Below are positions 41,758 through 52,056 of a DNA stretch of 64,000 nucleotides, piece after piece. Under the pieces are notes generated by a model. That model searched no databases, was not told where the DNA came from, and saw only the letters and a list, made by a program, of their open reading frames with translations. Position 1 is the stretch's first letter. Every line of letters begins with the position of its first letter. The stretch is from Eledone cirrhosa. Lineage: Eukaryota. A program made the translations under genes and the position numbers. Where the stretch lies: the NCBI GenBank assembly GCA_964016885.1, contig OZ024742.1, positions 373,674,001-373,738,000 of the forward strand, in the 5' to 3' direction.

Positions 41758-41952
41758 GAAAATAGAATAGCTTTCACCGTATTTTTGACTAAAGGAATTT
41801 TAGCCTGATAATGGAGTTTAGAACCCTCAGATAAAATATGAGTATTGACGTACGTCAATACTCATATTTTTCCATTTATCTGAGGGTTCTAAACCCCATT
41901 ATCAGGCTAAAATTCCTTTAGTCAAAAATACGGTGAAAGCTATTCTATTTTC
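41758..41952. repeat. ~195-bp near-perfect palindrome with no central loop
   Basis: Centre GACGT|ACGTC at 41851/41852; arms match out to GAAAATAGAATAGC / GCTATTCTATTTTC, with a short insertion in the right arm. Confidence 0.95.
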
Positions 41953-41980
41953 AAATATATATATATATATATATATATAA

Positions 41981-42318
41981 GTCCACGCTGTAAATGTGGC
42001 CGTGTAGGCAACACGGTAAAAACCTCCCAGCCCCACACTGTAAATGTGGTTGGTGTTAGGAAGGGCATCCAGCTGTAGAAAACCCGCCAGACAGTCCACG
42101 CTGTAATGTGGCCGTGTAGGCAACACGGTAAAAACCTCCCAGCCCCACACTGTAAATGTGGTTGGTGTTAGGAAGGGCATCCAACTGTAGAAAACCCGCC
42201 AGACAGTCCTATGCGAGCAAGACAACCACTCTTGCCTCAAGTGGGAAAACCCCCGTCCAAACCCATGCAAGCGTGGACCACGGACGCTAAACCTGATGAT
42301 GATGATGATGATGATGAT
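41981..42318 (+). mobile_element. RTE family B 3' UTR copy with an internal 113-bp tandem duplication
   Basis: GTCCACGCTGTAA...CCGCCAGACA at 41981 and again at 42094; (GAT)n tail. Confidence 0.88.
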
Positions 42319-42344
42319 ATATATATATATATATATATATATAT

Positions 42345-45320
42345 CATCATCATCATCATCAACGTTTAACGTCCGTGTTCCACGCTTGCATGGGTTTGGA
42401 CGGGGGTAGTCCCACTTGAGGCAAGAGTGATTGTCTTGCTCGCATAGGACTGTCTGGCAGGTTTTCTACAGTTGGATGCCCTTCCTAACACCAACCACAT
42501 TTACAGTGTGGGTCTGGGAGGTTTTTACCGTGTTGCCTACACGGCCACATTACAGCGTGGACTGTGTGTTTTTTTGTCGTGACACCTACACGATCTCATT
42601 TGTTTCGGCCTGGATGGCGCGGCACCAACATAACTTTACATAGGACGGGGTGGTGTGGATGGGTGGGGGTGGTGGCGGGACGGGGTGTATTTTGTTAGAG
42701 ATGCCTACTGGCAAGGCGGGTCTTCTCTGTTACTGAGTACCGCCAAAGGTCTCGGTCCAGTGACATTGTCTTGGAGAGGTGTAAGTGTGTGATGTCGGAG
42801 TTTATCAGCTCGTCCCAGGTTTTTCTAGGTCTGCCTATTCCGTGGCTACCGTCTATCTTTATTGCCCTGCACTTTGTTATACAGCTATCGACTTTCATGC
42901 GCATCACATGTCCATACCAACGTAGCCTTCTCTCGAGTAAACAACATCTGATCCCTCTTATCTCTAATTTTTTCCTTAGTTCGTTTATGCTTTGCCGTTC
43001 ACGTATATTACTGTTACACATCCAGCGGAGCATGCAAGCTTCGTTCCTCTCTAGTCTGCATATATCCTCTGCACACAATGCCCAGGTCTCACTGCCATGC
43101 AACATTGATGTTCGTATGCAGGCATCGTACAACCTGCCTTTCATTTTTAGGGAGAACCCTTTAGCAGCTAATAGTGGTATAAGCTCTCTGAACTTTTTCC
43201 AACCAGTTCTGACTCTAGCTACAGTACTTTCAGAGCACCCTCCCCCACTGCTGATTTTATCGCCCAGGTAACGGAAGCTGTCCACTATTTCTATAGAACC
43301 CTCTGCGCAATTGAAAGAGCTAGTATTTTGTGGGCACTTGCTGCTACTTATTGCACCAGAACACCGGCCACATGTAAAATCTATGTTCTTAGTTAGCTTA
43401 CCTGTGATCCCACTACATCTTTTATGCACCCATACTTTGCATTTAGGACATAAAATGGAGTTTCTACCTACGCCTTTCCTACACACCGAGCACGACCATT
43501 TCCCAGAAGGGACCGCCGCCTTGTTTTCTTTCCTACAAACTAGAACTTTGGTCTTAGCCAGGTTAATTTTAAGTCCTTTTGACTCTAGGCCGTGCTTCCA
43601 TGTTTGGAATTTCTTCTCTAGCTCGGCCATTGATTCCGCTATGAGTGTCAGGTCGTCTGCGTATAGGAGTTCCCATGGGCAGCCTGTCTTGAACTCCTCT
43701 GTTATAGCCTGAAGGGCAATAATAAATAGTAGGGGGCTGAGAACAGAGCCCTGATGGACGCCAACTTTTACGCTAAACTCTTCACTATATTCGTTGTTAA
43801 TTCTAACCTTGCTGACTGTTTCTTTATACATAGCTTGTATAGCCCTCACAAGCCATTCGTCAACGCCTAGTTTTCTAAGAGCCCACCAGATAATGGAGCG
43901 GGGGACTCTGTCGAAGGCTTTCTCCAAGTCGACAAAAGCTAAGTAGAGGGGTTTACCTTTAGCTAGGAACTTCTCCTGTAGTTGTCGTACTATGAAAAGA
44001 GCGTCTGTGGTACTTTTGCCTGACACAAACCCGAACTGCATTTCATCTAGGTCAATTCTCTCTCTGATTAGTTGCGCTATTACTTTTTCCGTGACCTTCA
44101 TGACCTGGTCGATTAATTTAATGCCTCTATAGTTACTCCTATCTAGGGCGTCTCCTTTACCCTTATAACAGTTAACGATGATGCTGCTATGCCAGTCCTT
44201 CGGAACAACCCCATTCTGTACGACTTGGTTAACTATGCGGGTGACCATGGTGTGTCCCACCGTGCCAGATGCCTTCAGCATCTCAGCAACTATTTCCGAA
44301 GGCCCAGCCGCCTTACCTGTCTTCATATCCTTGATTGCCTTACTTATTATACTCCCCTCGACTAACACTGCTGGTCCCTCTATTGGGTCGACATAGGGGA
44401 GACTGTCTTTCTCCCATTTATTCTCCTCATTTAGTAGCCTTTCATAGTGACACTTCCAAGCTACCTTCTTATCAGTGTCGGTGATGGCAAGTATGCCATC
44501 ATCGTTAAGTACACACTTCTCCCCGACAATATCACGGTTTTCCTTGACGCATTGCCTAGCAATCCTGAACACCTCACGTTTTTGGTCATCGCGTTGTAGG
44601 ACATGCTTGAACTTTCTTTCCTCAGCTTCCCTTCTTGCTAAGTACACTTCTCTCCTAGCTTCCCTCCTGGCCACTTGATAGTCTACTCTACTTCCCCCAT
44701 CCCGCCATACTTTCCAAGCCTGCTTTTTGGCCTTAATTGACCCCTCCACCTTACTGTTCCACCACCATGTTACTCTCCTCCTGCCTACAGGCCTGCTCCA
44801 GCCACAGACTTCGTCTGTCGCCAACAGCAGGTTTGCTTTCAGAAATTCCCACTGTCCCTCTATATTGTCCGACTCTAAATGTTCTTCCTTACTGTCGAAA
44901 GCATCAAGTAATATGTTTTGAAATTTATTTTTGGCTGTGGGGTCCTTTAGCTTCCATATTTTTCTCCTGAGGATAGTCCTCTTCTGCTGTCGAGTACGTC
45001 TCGTCCTGACTATGAGGTCGCTAATTATCAGTCTATGTTGGGAGGTGCATTCTTCATGGGGGAGGGATTTAGTGTTTACAACAGACACTCTGTCACGTCT
45101 TCTGGTAAGGATATAATCTACCTGGCTTGTGTGTTCCCCGGATCTATAGGTGATCAGGTGATTGTCACGTTTTTTGAAGTTAGTGTTCCAGATAGTTAGG
45201 TTATTTGCATCACAGAATTCCAGGATTCTGGAGCCTTCCTCATTTCTAGTACCAAACCCATAGCCTCCATGGATTTCGTCGTAGCCGTCACAATGTTGCC
45301 CAACGTGACCATTTAGGTCG
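42345..45320 (-). mobile_element. Young 5'-truncated RTE-clade LINE, family B
   Basis: Uninterrupted ORF, ~350-bp 3' UTR, (GAT)n tail, (TA)n on both flanks. Confidence 0.95.
42695..45319 (-). CDS. RTE ORF (partial APE endonuclease + reverse transcriptase + C4HC3 finger); 874 open codons, N-terminus lost
   Basis: Track ORF of 797 aa plus 77 further open codons (DLNGHVG...SQVDYIL); NYRGIKL, QFGF, FVDLEKAFD, GVHQGSVLSP, YADD, FRYLG. Confidence 0.9.
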   Translation of the reverse strand, partial: DLNGHVGQHCDGYDEIHGGYGFGTRNEEGSRILEFCDANNLTIWNTNFKKRDNHLITYRSGEHTSQVDYILTRRRDRVSVVNTKSLPHEECTSQHRLIISDLIVRTRRTRQQKRTILRRKIWKLKDPTAKNKFQNILLDAFDSKEEHLESDNIEGQWEFLKANLLLATDEVCGWSRPVGRRRVTWWWNSKVEGSIKAKKQAWKVWRDGGSRVDYQVARREARREVYLARREAEERKFKHVLQRDDQKREVFRIARQCVKENRDIVGEKCVLNDDGILAITDTDKKVAWKCHYERLLNEENKWEKDSLPYVDPIEGPAVLVEGSIISKAIKDMKTGKAAGPSEIVAEMLKASGTVGHTMVTRIVNQVVQNGVVPKDWHSSIIVNCYKGKGDALDRSNYRGIKLIDQVMKVTEKVIAQLIRERIDLDEMQFGFVSGKSTTDALFIVRQLQEKFLAKGKPLYLAFVDLEKAFDRVPRSIIWWALRKLGVDEWLVRAIQAMYKETVSKVRINNEYSEEFSVKVGVHQGSVLSPLLFIIALQAITEEFKTGCPWELLYADDLTLIAESMAELEKKFQTWKHGLESKGLKINLAKTKVLVCRKENKAAVPSGKWSCSVCRKGVGRNSILCPKCKVWVHKRCSGITGKLTKNIDFTCGRCSGAISSSKCPQNTSSFNCAEGSIEIVDSFRYLGDKISSGGGCSESTVARVRTGWKKFRELIPLLAAKGFSLKMKGRLYDACIRTSMLHGSETWALCAEDICRLERNEACMLRWMCNSNIRERQSINELRKKLEIRGIRCCLLERRLRWYGHVMRMKVDSCITKCRAIKIDGSHGIGRPRKTWDELINSDITHLHLSKTMSLDRDLWRYSVTEKTRLASRHL

Positions 45321-45671
45321 CATATATATATATATATATATATATGCTAATTTGTTTACCAATGGGTGGAACGGGTGATTCCAGTTAGTAAACGATGACG
45401 CAATTAATTAAAGCACTCAACGTTATGCAGATCATCCATCATAGATGTGGTATCCTGTGGTTGGTGCAGGAACAGAGTGACATATTCATTAAAAACCCTT
45501 TTAGGGGCTGAAGCTTTGCACTTTATACCTTTTATAGCAACATTTTAGAACACTAACATTAAAATAGTTTCACCATTGCTAATTTTATTTTTATTTATTC
45601 TGAAGACTATAAGTATTTGGTAACAACTTTAAAGACTGTGATACCTTTCACAGCTTTCATTCTTTCTTCAA

Positions 45672-48600
45672 TACACTACCACTACCACCACCACCACCAC
45701 CATCACCACCACCACTACCACCACTACCACCACCACCACCACCACTACCACCACTACTACCACCACTACCACCACTACCACCACCACTACCACCACCACT
45801 ACCACCACCACTACCACCACCACTACCACCACTACCACCACCACTACCACCACCACTACCACCACCACCACCACTACCACCACCACTACCACCACCACCA
45901 CCACCACCACCACTACCACCACCACTACCACTACCACCACCACCACCACCACTACTTCCACCACCACCACCACTACCACCACCACTACCACCACCACTAC
46001 CACCACCACCACTACTTCCACCACCACCACCACTACCACCACCACTACCACCACCACCACCACCACTACCACCACCACTACCACCACCATCACTACCACC
46101 ACCACCACTACCACCACCATCACTACCACCACCACCACTACCACCACCACCGCCACAACCACTACCACCACCACCACCACTACCACTACGACCATCACTA
46201 CCACCACTACCACAATCACTACCACCACTATCACCACCACTACCACCATACTACCACCACCACTACCACCACCACTACCACCACCGCCATTACTACCACC
46301 ACTACCACCACCACTACCACCATACCACCACTGCCATTACTACCATCACTACCACCACCACTACCACCGCCACCACTACCACCATGACCACCACTACCAC
46401 CACTACCACCACCAACACTACCACCACCACTACCACCACCACTACCACCACCACCACTACCACCATCACCATTACTACCATCACTACCACCACTGCCATT
46501 ACTACCATCACTAACATCACCACCACTACCACCACCGCCATTACTACCATCACTACCACCACCACCACCACTACCACCACCACCACTACCACCACCGCCA
46601 TTACTACCATCACTACAACCACTGCCATTACTACAATCTCTACCACCACAACTACAACCACCACCATTACTACCATCACTACCACCACCACCACTACCAC
46701 CACTACCACCACTGCCATTACTACCATCAGTACCACCACCACAACCACCACTGCCATTACTACCATCACCACCACTACCACCACTGCCATTACTACCACC
46801 ACTACCACCAACACCACTACCACCACTGCCATTACTACCACCACTACCACCAACACCACTACAACCACCACTACCACCACTACCACCACTACGACCACTA
46901 CGACCACTACCACCACCACTACCACCACCACCCCCACCACTACGACCACTACCACCACCACTACCACCACCACCACCACTACGACCACTACCACCACCAC
47001 TACCACCACCACCACCACTACGACCACTACCACCACCACTACCACCACCACCACCACCACTACGACCACTCCCACCACCACTACCATCACCACTACCACC
47101 ACCACCATCACTACCACCACCACCAACACTATCACCACCACCACTACCACCACCACCATTACTACCATCACTACCATCACCACCACTACCACCACTGCCA
47201 TTACTACCACCACTACCACCAACACCACTACAACCACTACCACCATTGCCATTACTACCATCAGTACCACCACCACTACCACCACCACCACCACTACGAC
47301 CACTACCACCACCACTACCACCACCACCACCACTACGACCACTACCACCACCACTACCACCACCACCACCACTACGACCACTACCACCACCACTACCACC
47401 ACCACCACCACCACTACGACAACTACCACCACCAACACCACCACCACTACCACCACCACCAACACTACCATCACTACCACTACCACTGCCATTACTACCA
47501 CCGCCAGCACCACCACCACCACTACCACCACCACCATTACTACCAACACTACCACCACCACCACCACTACAACCACCACCACCACCACTACAACCACCAC
47601 CACCACCACTACAACCACACTGCCATTACTACAATCACCACCACTACCATCACTACCACTACCACCACCACCACTACCACCACCACTACTACCACCACCA
47701 CTACCACCACCACTACTACCACCACCACCATTACCACCATTACCACCACTACCACCACCACCACTACCACCACCACTACCACCACCATCACTACCACCAC
47801 CTCCATTACTACCATCACTACCACCACCACCACCACCACCACTACCACCACTGCCATTACTACCATCACCACCACTACCATCACTACCACCACCACCACT
47901 GCCATTACTACCACCACTACCACCACTGCCATTACTACAATCACTACCACCACCACTACTACCACTACTACCACCACTGCCATTACTACTACCACTACCA
48001 CCACCACCACCACTATCACCACCACCATTACTACCATCGCTACCACCACCATTACTACCATCGCTACCACCACCATTACTACCATCGCTACCACCACCAC
48101 CACTACCACCACCACCATTACTACCAACACTACCACCACCACTGCCATTACTACCACCCAACCACCACCACCACCACTACCACCACCACCATTACTACCA
48201 TCACTACCACCACCGCCATTACTACCATCACTACCACCACCACTACCACCACCGCCATTACTACCATCACTACCACAACCACCAATACCACCACTACCAT
48301 CACTACCACCACCACTACAACCACCGCCATTACTACCATCACTACCACCACCACCACTACCACCACCACTACCACTACTACCACCACCACTACCACCACC
48401 ACCATTACTACCATCACTATCACCTCCACCACTACCACCACCGCCATTACCGTCACTACCACAACCACCACTACCACCACTACCACCACCACTACCACCA
48501 CCACTACCACCACTGCCATATACTACCATCACTACCACAACCACCACTACCACCACTACCACCACCACTACCACCACTGCCATATACTACCATCACTACC

Positions 48601-49124
48601 ACAACCACCAATACCACCACTACCACCACCACTACCACCACTGCCATATACTACCATCACTACCACAACCACCAATACCACCACTACCACCACTACCACC
48701 ACCACTACCACCACCGCCATTACTACCATCACTACCACAACCACCACTACCACCACTACCACCACCACTACCACCACCGCCATTACTACCATCACTACCA
48801 CAACCAGCAATACCACCACTACTGCCATTACCACCATTACTACTACCACCATCATTATCATCACTACTATCATCACCATCATCACCATTACCACCACTAC
48901 TACCACAATCATCATGAACACTACCATCAACATCATCACCATTACCACCACCACCACCATCATTACCACCACTACCGCCACCATCATCACCACCATCACG
49001 AACATCACCACCATCATCACCATTACCACCATCATCATCTGCAACACCACCATCATCACCACCATCACCATCACCATCATCACCACCACCTTCATCATCA
49101 CCATTACCATCATCATCACCATCA
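45672..49124. repeat. 3.4-kb (ACC/ACT/ATC)n trinucleotide low-complexity array
   Basis: Degenerate CAC/TAC triplets with recurring GCCATTACTACCATCACT sub-units. Confidence 0.95.
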
Positions 49125-49337
49125 TATGTCTGCCTGAAATGGGTTGGATAGGTTGTCATGGCTTGAAACTAGATGAGTTGGAGAACCTCATGTCACCCAT
49201 TCTATTGTTAGCTAGCTTTATATGGCTGATGTCCTCAACCCTTTACAATTTACATTACTCTATATATATACTATTGTATTTCCATGGTAAACACTTTATC
49301 TCACACTTTATCTCACATAATTATTTCATATAATATC

Positions 49338-49850
49338 AAAATAGACGGTAGCCACGGAGTAGGCAGACCCAGAAAAACCTTACACACTTACACCTCTCCA
49401 AGACAATGTCACTGGACCGAGATCTTTGGCGCTACGCAGTAATACAGAAGACCCACCTTGCCTAAGTACAAAGCGAAACCTACAGTCAGTAGGCACCTCT
49501 AACAAAAATACACCCCTGTCTCACTACCCCCAGCCCCATCCACACCACCCCTTTCAATGTAAAGTTATGTTGGTACCACAACATCCAGTCCTAAATAAAT
49601 GAGGTCGTGTAGGTGTCACGACAAAAAACCACACAGTCCATGCTGTAATGTGGCCGTGTAGGTAACACGGTAAAAACCTCCCAGTCCCACACTGTAAACC
49701 TGGTTGGTGTTGGGAAGGGCATCCAGCTGTAGAAAACCCGCCAGACAGTCCTGAGCAAGTAAACCAATCTTGCCTCAAGTGGGAAAATTCCCGTCCAAAC
49801 CCATGCTAGCGTGGAAGATGGACGTTAAACGATGATGATGATGATGATGA
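49338..49850 (+). mobile_element. RTE family B 3' end
   Basis: AAAATAGACGGTAGCCACGG.. ORF end with a small deletion, 3' UTR, (GAT)n tail. Confidence 0.88.
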
Positions 49851-49889
49851 ATATCAAATATATGTGTTACGTAATTTCAAAAGAAAAGC

Positions 49890-50136
49890 AAAGGAAAAAA
49901 GAGTGCTCTATGTATAGAACAGAGCTATTTAATTAGAAAGTGAACAACACAAAATATAACTACTCCATTACCAAAGGTTTCTGGATCACAGACAATATTA
50001 ATATATACATCTGGATCGTTTGTCAGATAGAGGTGTTATCTATCTGATGACTGATCCAGACATATATTATTATCGTCTGTGACCCAGAAACCTTTGGTAA
50101 TGGAGTAGTTATATCTTGTGTTGTTCACTTTCTAAT
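49890..50136. mobile_element. Fold-back element (~100-bp arms), probable Penelope-like pLTR remnant
   Basis: Arms 49932-50031 and 50039-50136; motifs shared with 25407-25610. Confidence 0.6.
50039..50104 (+). ncRNA. Putative type I hammerhead ribozyme
   Basis: Stem I TCTAT/ATGGA, core CTGATGA (50044-50050), stem II with CAGAC/GTCTG, GAAA (50087-50090), stem III ACC-TTT-GGT, GUA cleavage triplet; base of stem II imperfect. Confidence 0.6.
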
Positions 50137-50164
50137 ATCAAATCTATGACATTTTGATATTATT

Positions 50165-50273
50165 TATTTTGAGAACAATACCTTAATATGAGTGGCTGAT
50201 TACAGCTGGTTTGAACAGAAAGAGGTGAGAGAACTCTGGCCAGATATGACCAGTTTAAATGCTAAAGGGTTAA
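50165..50273 (-). mobile_element. Partial piggyBac-type MITE (same family as 32623-32837)
   Basis: Ends TTTAAATGCTAAAGGG|TTAA. Confidence 0.65.
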
Positions 50274-50529
50274 TACTTTACAGGGTATCTTTACTAGTGG
50301 ACAGATCAGTGAGAAAGTTTGCAGCAAACTAAACTAAAGACATCAATTTTTAAAGTGATGCTGTCATAGACTGTTTTATACTTTTCAAGAATGTCTTGCC
50401 TATGTGGTTTGGTGTGGTACAGGATGTTAAGGAGATTGATATAACCTGTAATTAATTTTACATGTCTGAACGGTTTAGTATGTGTGATGTCTGTGAACTA
50501 GTATCCTCCACCTCCTGGTATCTTACCCT

Positions 50530-50825
50530 CTGTCTCTGGGTTATGGTTGACAGGATGGAGAATACATTGCCCTGGAGGAGCGTGAGTGAGACACACTGAA
50601 ACAGCCACTCTACCTTAGCAGAGCTTTCACCTGCAGGTGGCCAACACTGCTCCAATAGCTGTGGACAGAAATGTAATTCAGGGCCCAAGAATGCTGGAAG
50701 TCTCCACTCTTACATGTTCTACCACAAACCTATCAGAAAGTGGCTGATACTAGGACAGTTTGCCCTCTTCGGTGGGCAGCAGAGCCTGGGCTGCTAGCTG
50801 GATGTACCAGGTTGACACTTTTTCA
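50530..50825 (-). pseudogene. Decayed C-terminus of a restriction-like-endonuclease (CRE-like) non-LTR retrotransposon
   Basis: Frameshifted translation SPGSAAH / EEGKLS*YQPLSDRF..VETSSILGP / EWLFQCVSLTLLQGNVFSILST resembles the AAE..K..KY / VET.G..G / QRIS..QRGNA..I motifs. Confidence 0.6.
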
Positions 50826-50837
50826 TCTGTCACAAAA

Positions 50838-51040
50838 ATAATAGTTTCTGATTTAGACACAAGGCCAACAATTTTGGGAGAGGGGAAGTCATTTAAATCG
50901 ACCCCCAGCGCATTACTGGTACTTTATTTTATTGACTCCCTGTAAGGATGAAAGGCAAAGTTAACCTCAGCAGGATTTGAACTCAGAACGTAAAGGAGGG
51001 CCGTAACTCTATGCCACAAGAGTCCGACGCTCTACTGACA
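50838..51040 (-). mobile_element. SINE family 2 (longer-tail variant); a further fragment at 51760-51850
   Basis: ACTGGTACTTTATTTTATTGAC..AGGATGAAAGGCAAAGTTAACCTC..GGATTTGAACTCAGAA. Confidence 0.82.
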
Positions 51041-51227
51041 CAAAAATAATAAAGATGTTATAGCATTAAATTTTGTTTAGACTTTAGTTTATACATTTTT
51101 AAATCTTTGCAGGCTTTCAAAATGTCTGAATGAAGTAAGCCCGGCTGAAAGAGAAGAAACAAAACGAGTTATTTATTCAATAATGTATGGAATTGGTGAG
51201 ACACGTTTTTATGGAGATCACTTCACT

Positions 51228-51740
51228 TGTAATTTATTCATTTCACTGTGGAAATCACTGTAATTTATTCATTTCACTGTGGAAATCACTGTAATTTATT
51301 CATTTCACTGTGGAAATCACTGTAATTTATTCATTTCACTGTGGAAATCACTGTAATTTATTCATTTCACTGTGGAAATCACTGTAATTTATTCGTTTCA
51401 CTGAGGAAATCACTGTAATTTATTCATTTCACTGTGGAAATCACTGTAATTTATTCATTTCACTGTGGAAATCACTGTAATTTATTCATTTCACTGTGGA
51501 AATCACTGTAATTTATTCATTTCACTGTGGAAATCACTGTAATTTATTCATTTCACTGAGGAAATCACTGTAATTTATTCATTTCACTGTGGAAATCACT
51601 GTAATTTATTCATTTCACAGTGGAAATCACTGTAATTTATTCATTTCACTGAGGAAATCACTGTAATTTATTCATTTCACTGTGGAAATCACTAATTTAT
51701 TCATTTCACTGTGGAAACCACCTATAATTTATTCATTTCG
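51228..51740. repeat. 31-bp minisatellite, about 16 copies
   Basis: CACTGTAATTTATTCATTTCACTGTGGAAAT tandem. Confidence 0.96.
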
Positions 51741-51891
51741 CTCTCATTTCTTATATATAGACACAAGGTCAGTGATTTGGGGGAGGGGAAAGTCGATTAA
51801 ATTGACCCCACTGCGTGACTGGTACTTTATGTTATCGACCCCGTGAGGATGCCATCCTTATAGATTTAATGGGCTTTTTGTCAAAACTCAT

Positions 51892-52056
51892 GTTTTCTTC
51901 CTCCTCCTCCTCCTCCTCCTTTTCTTCCTCATTTTCCTTCTCATCCTCCTCCCCTCCTCTCATTTTCCTCCCCTTCCTCTTCCTTTTCTTCCTCATTTTC
52001 CTTCTCCTCCTTTCATTTTCCTCCACTTCCTCTTCCTTTCTTCTTCCTCCACTTCC
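51892..52056. repeat. Polypyrimidine (CCT/CTT) tract
   Basis: Almost only C/T on the + strand. Confidence 0.9.

Noticed and set aside
45617-49333. Long poly-Thr/His/Val/Gly ORFs up to 917 aa (also 31261-32058)
   Set aside because: By-product of stop-free trinucleotide repeats, open on both strands, with no domain or gene structure
51121-51160. CTGAATGA...GCTGAAAG as another hammerhead
   Set aside because: Core spacing is wrong and no stems I or III can be formed
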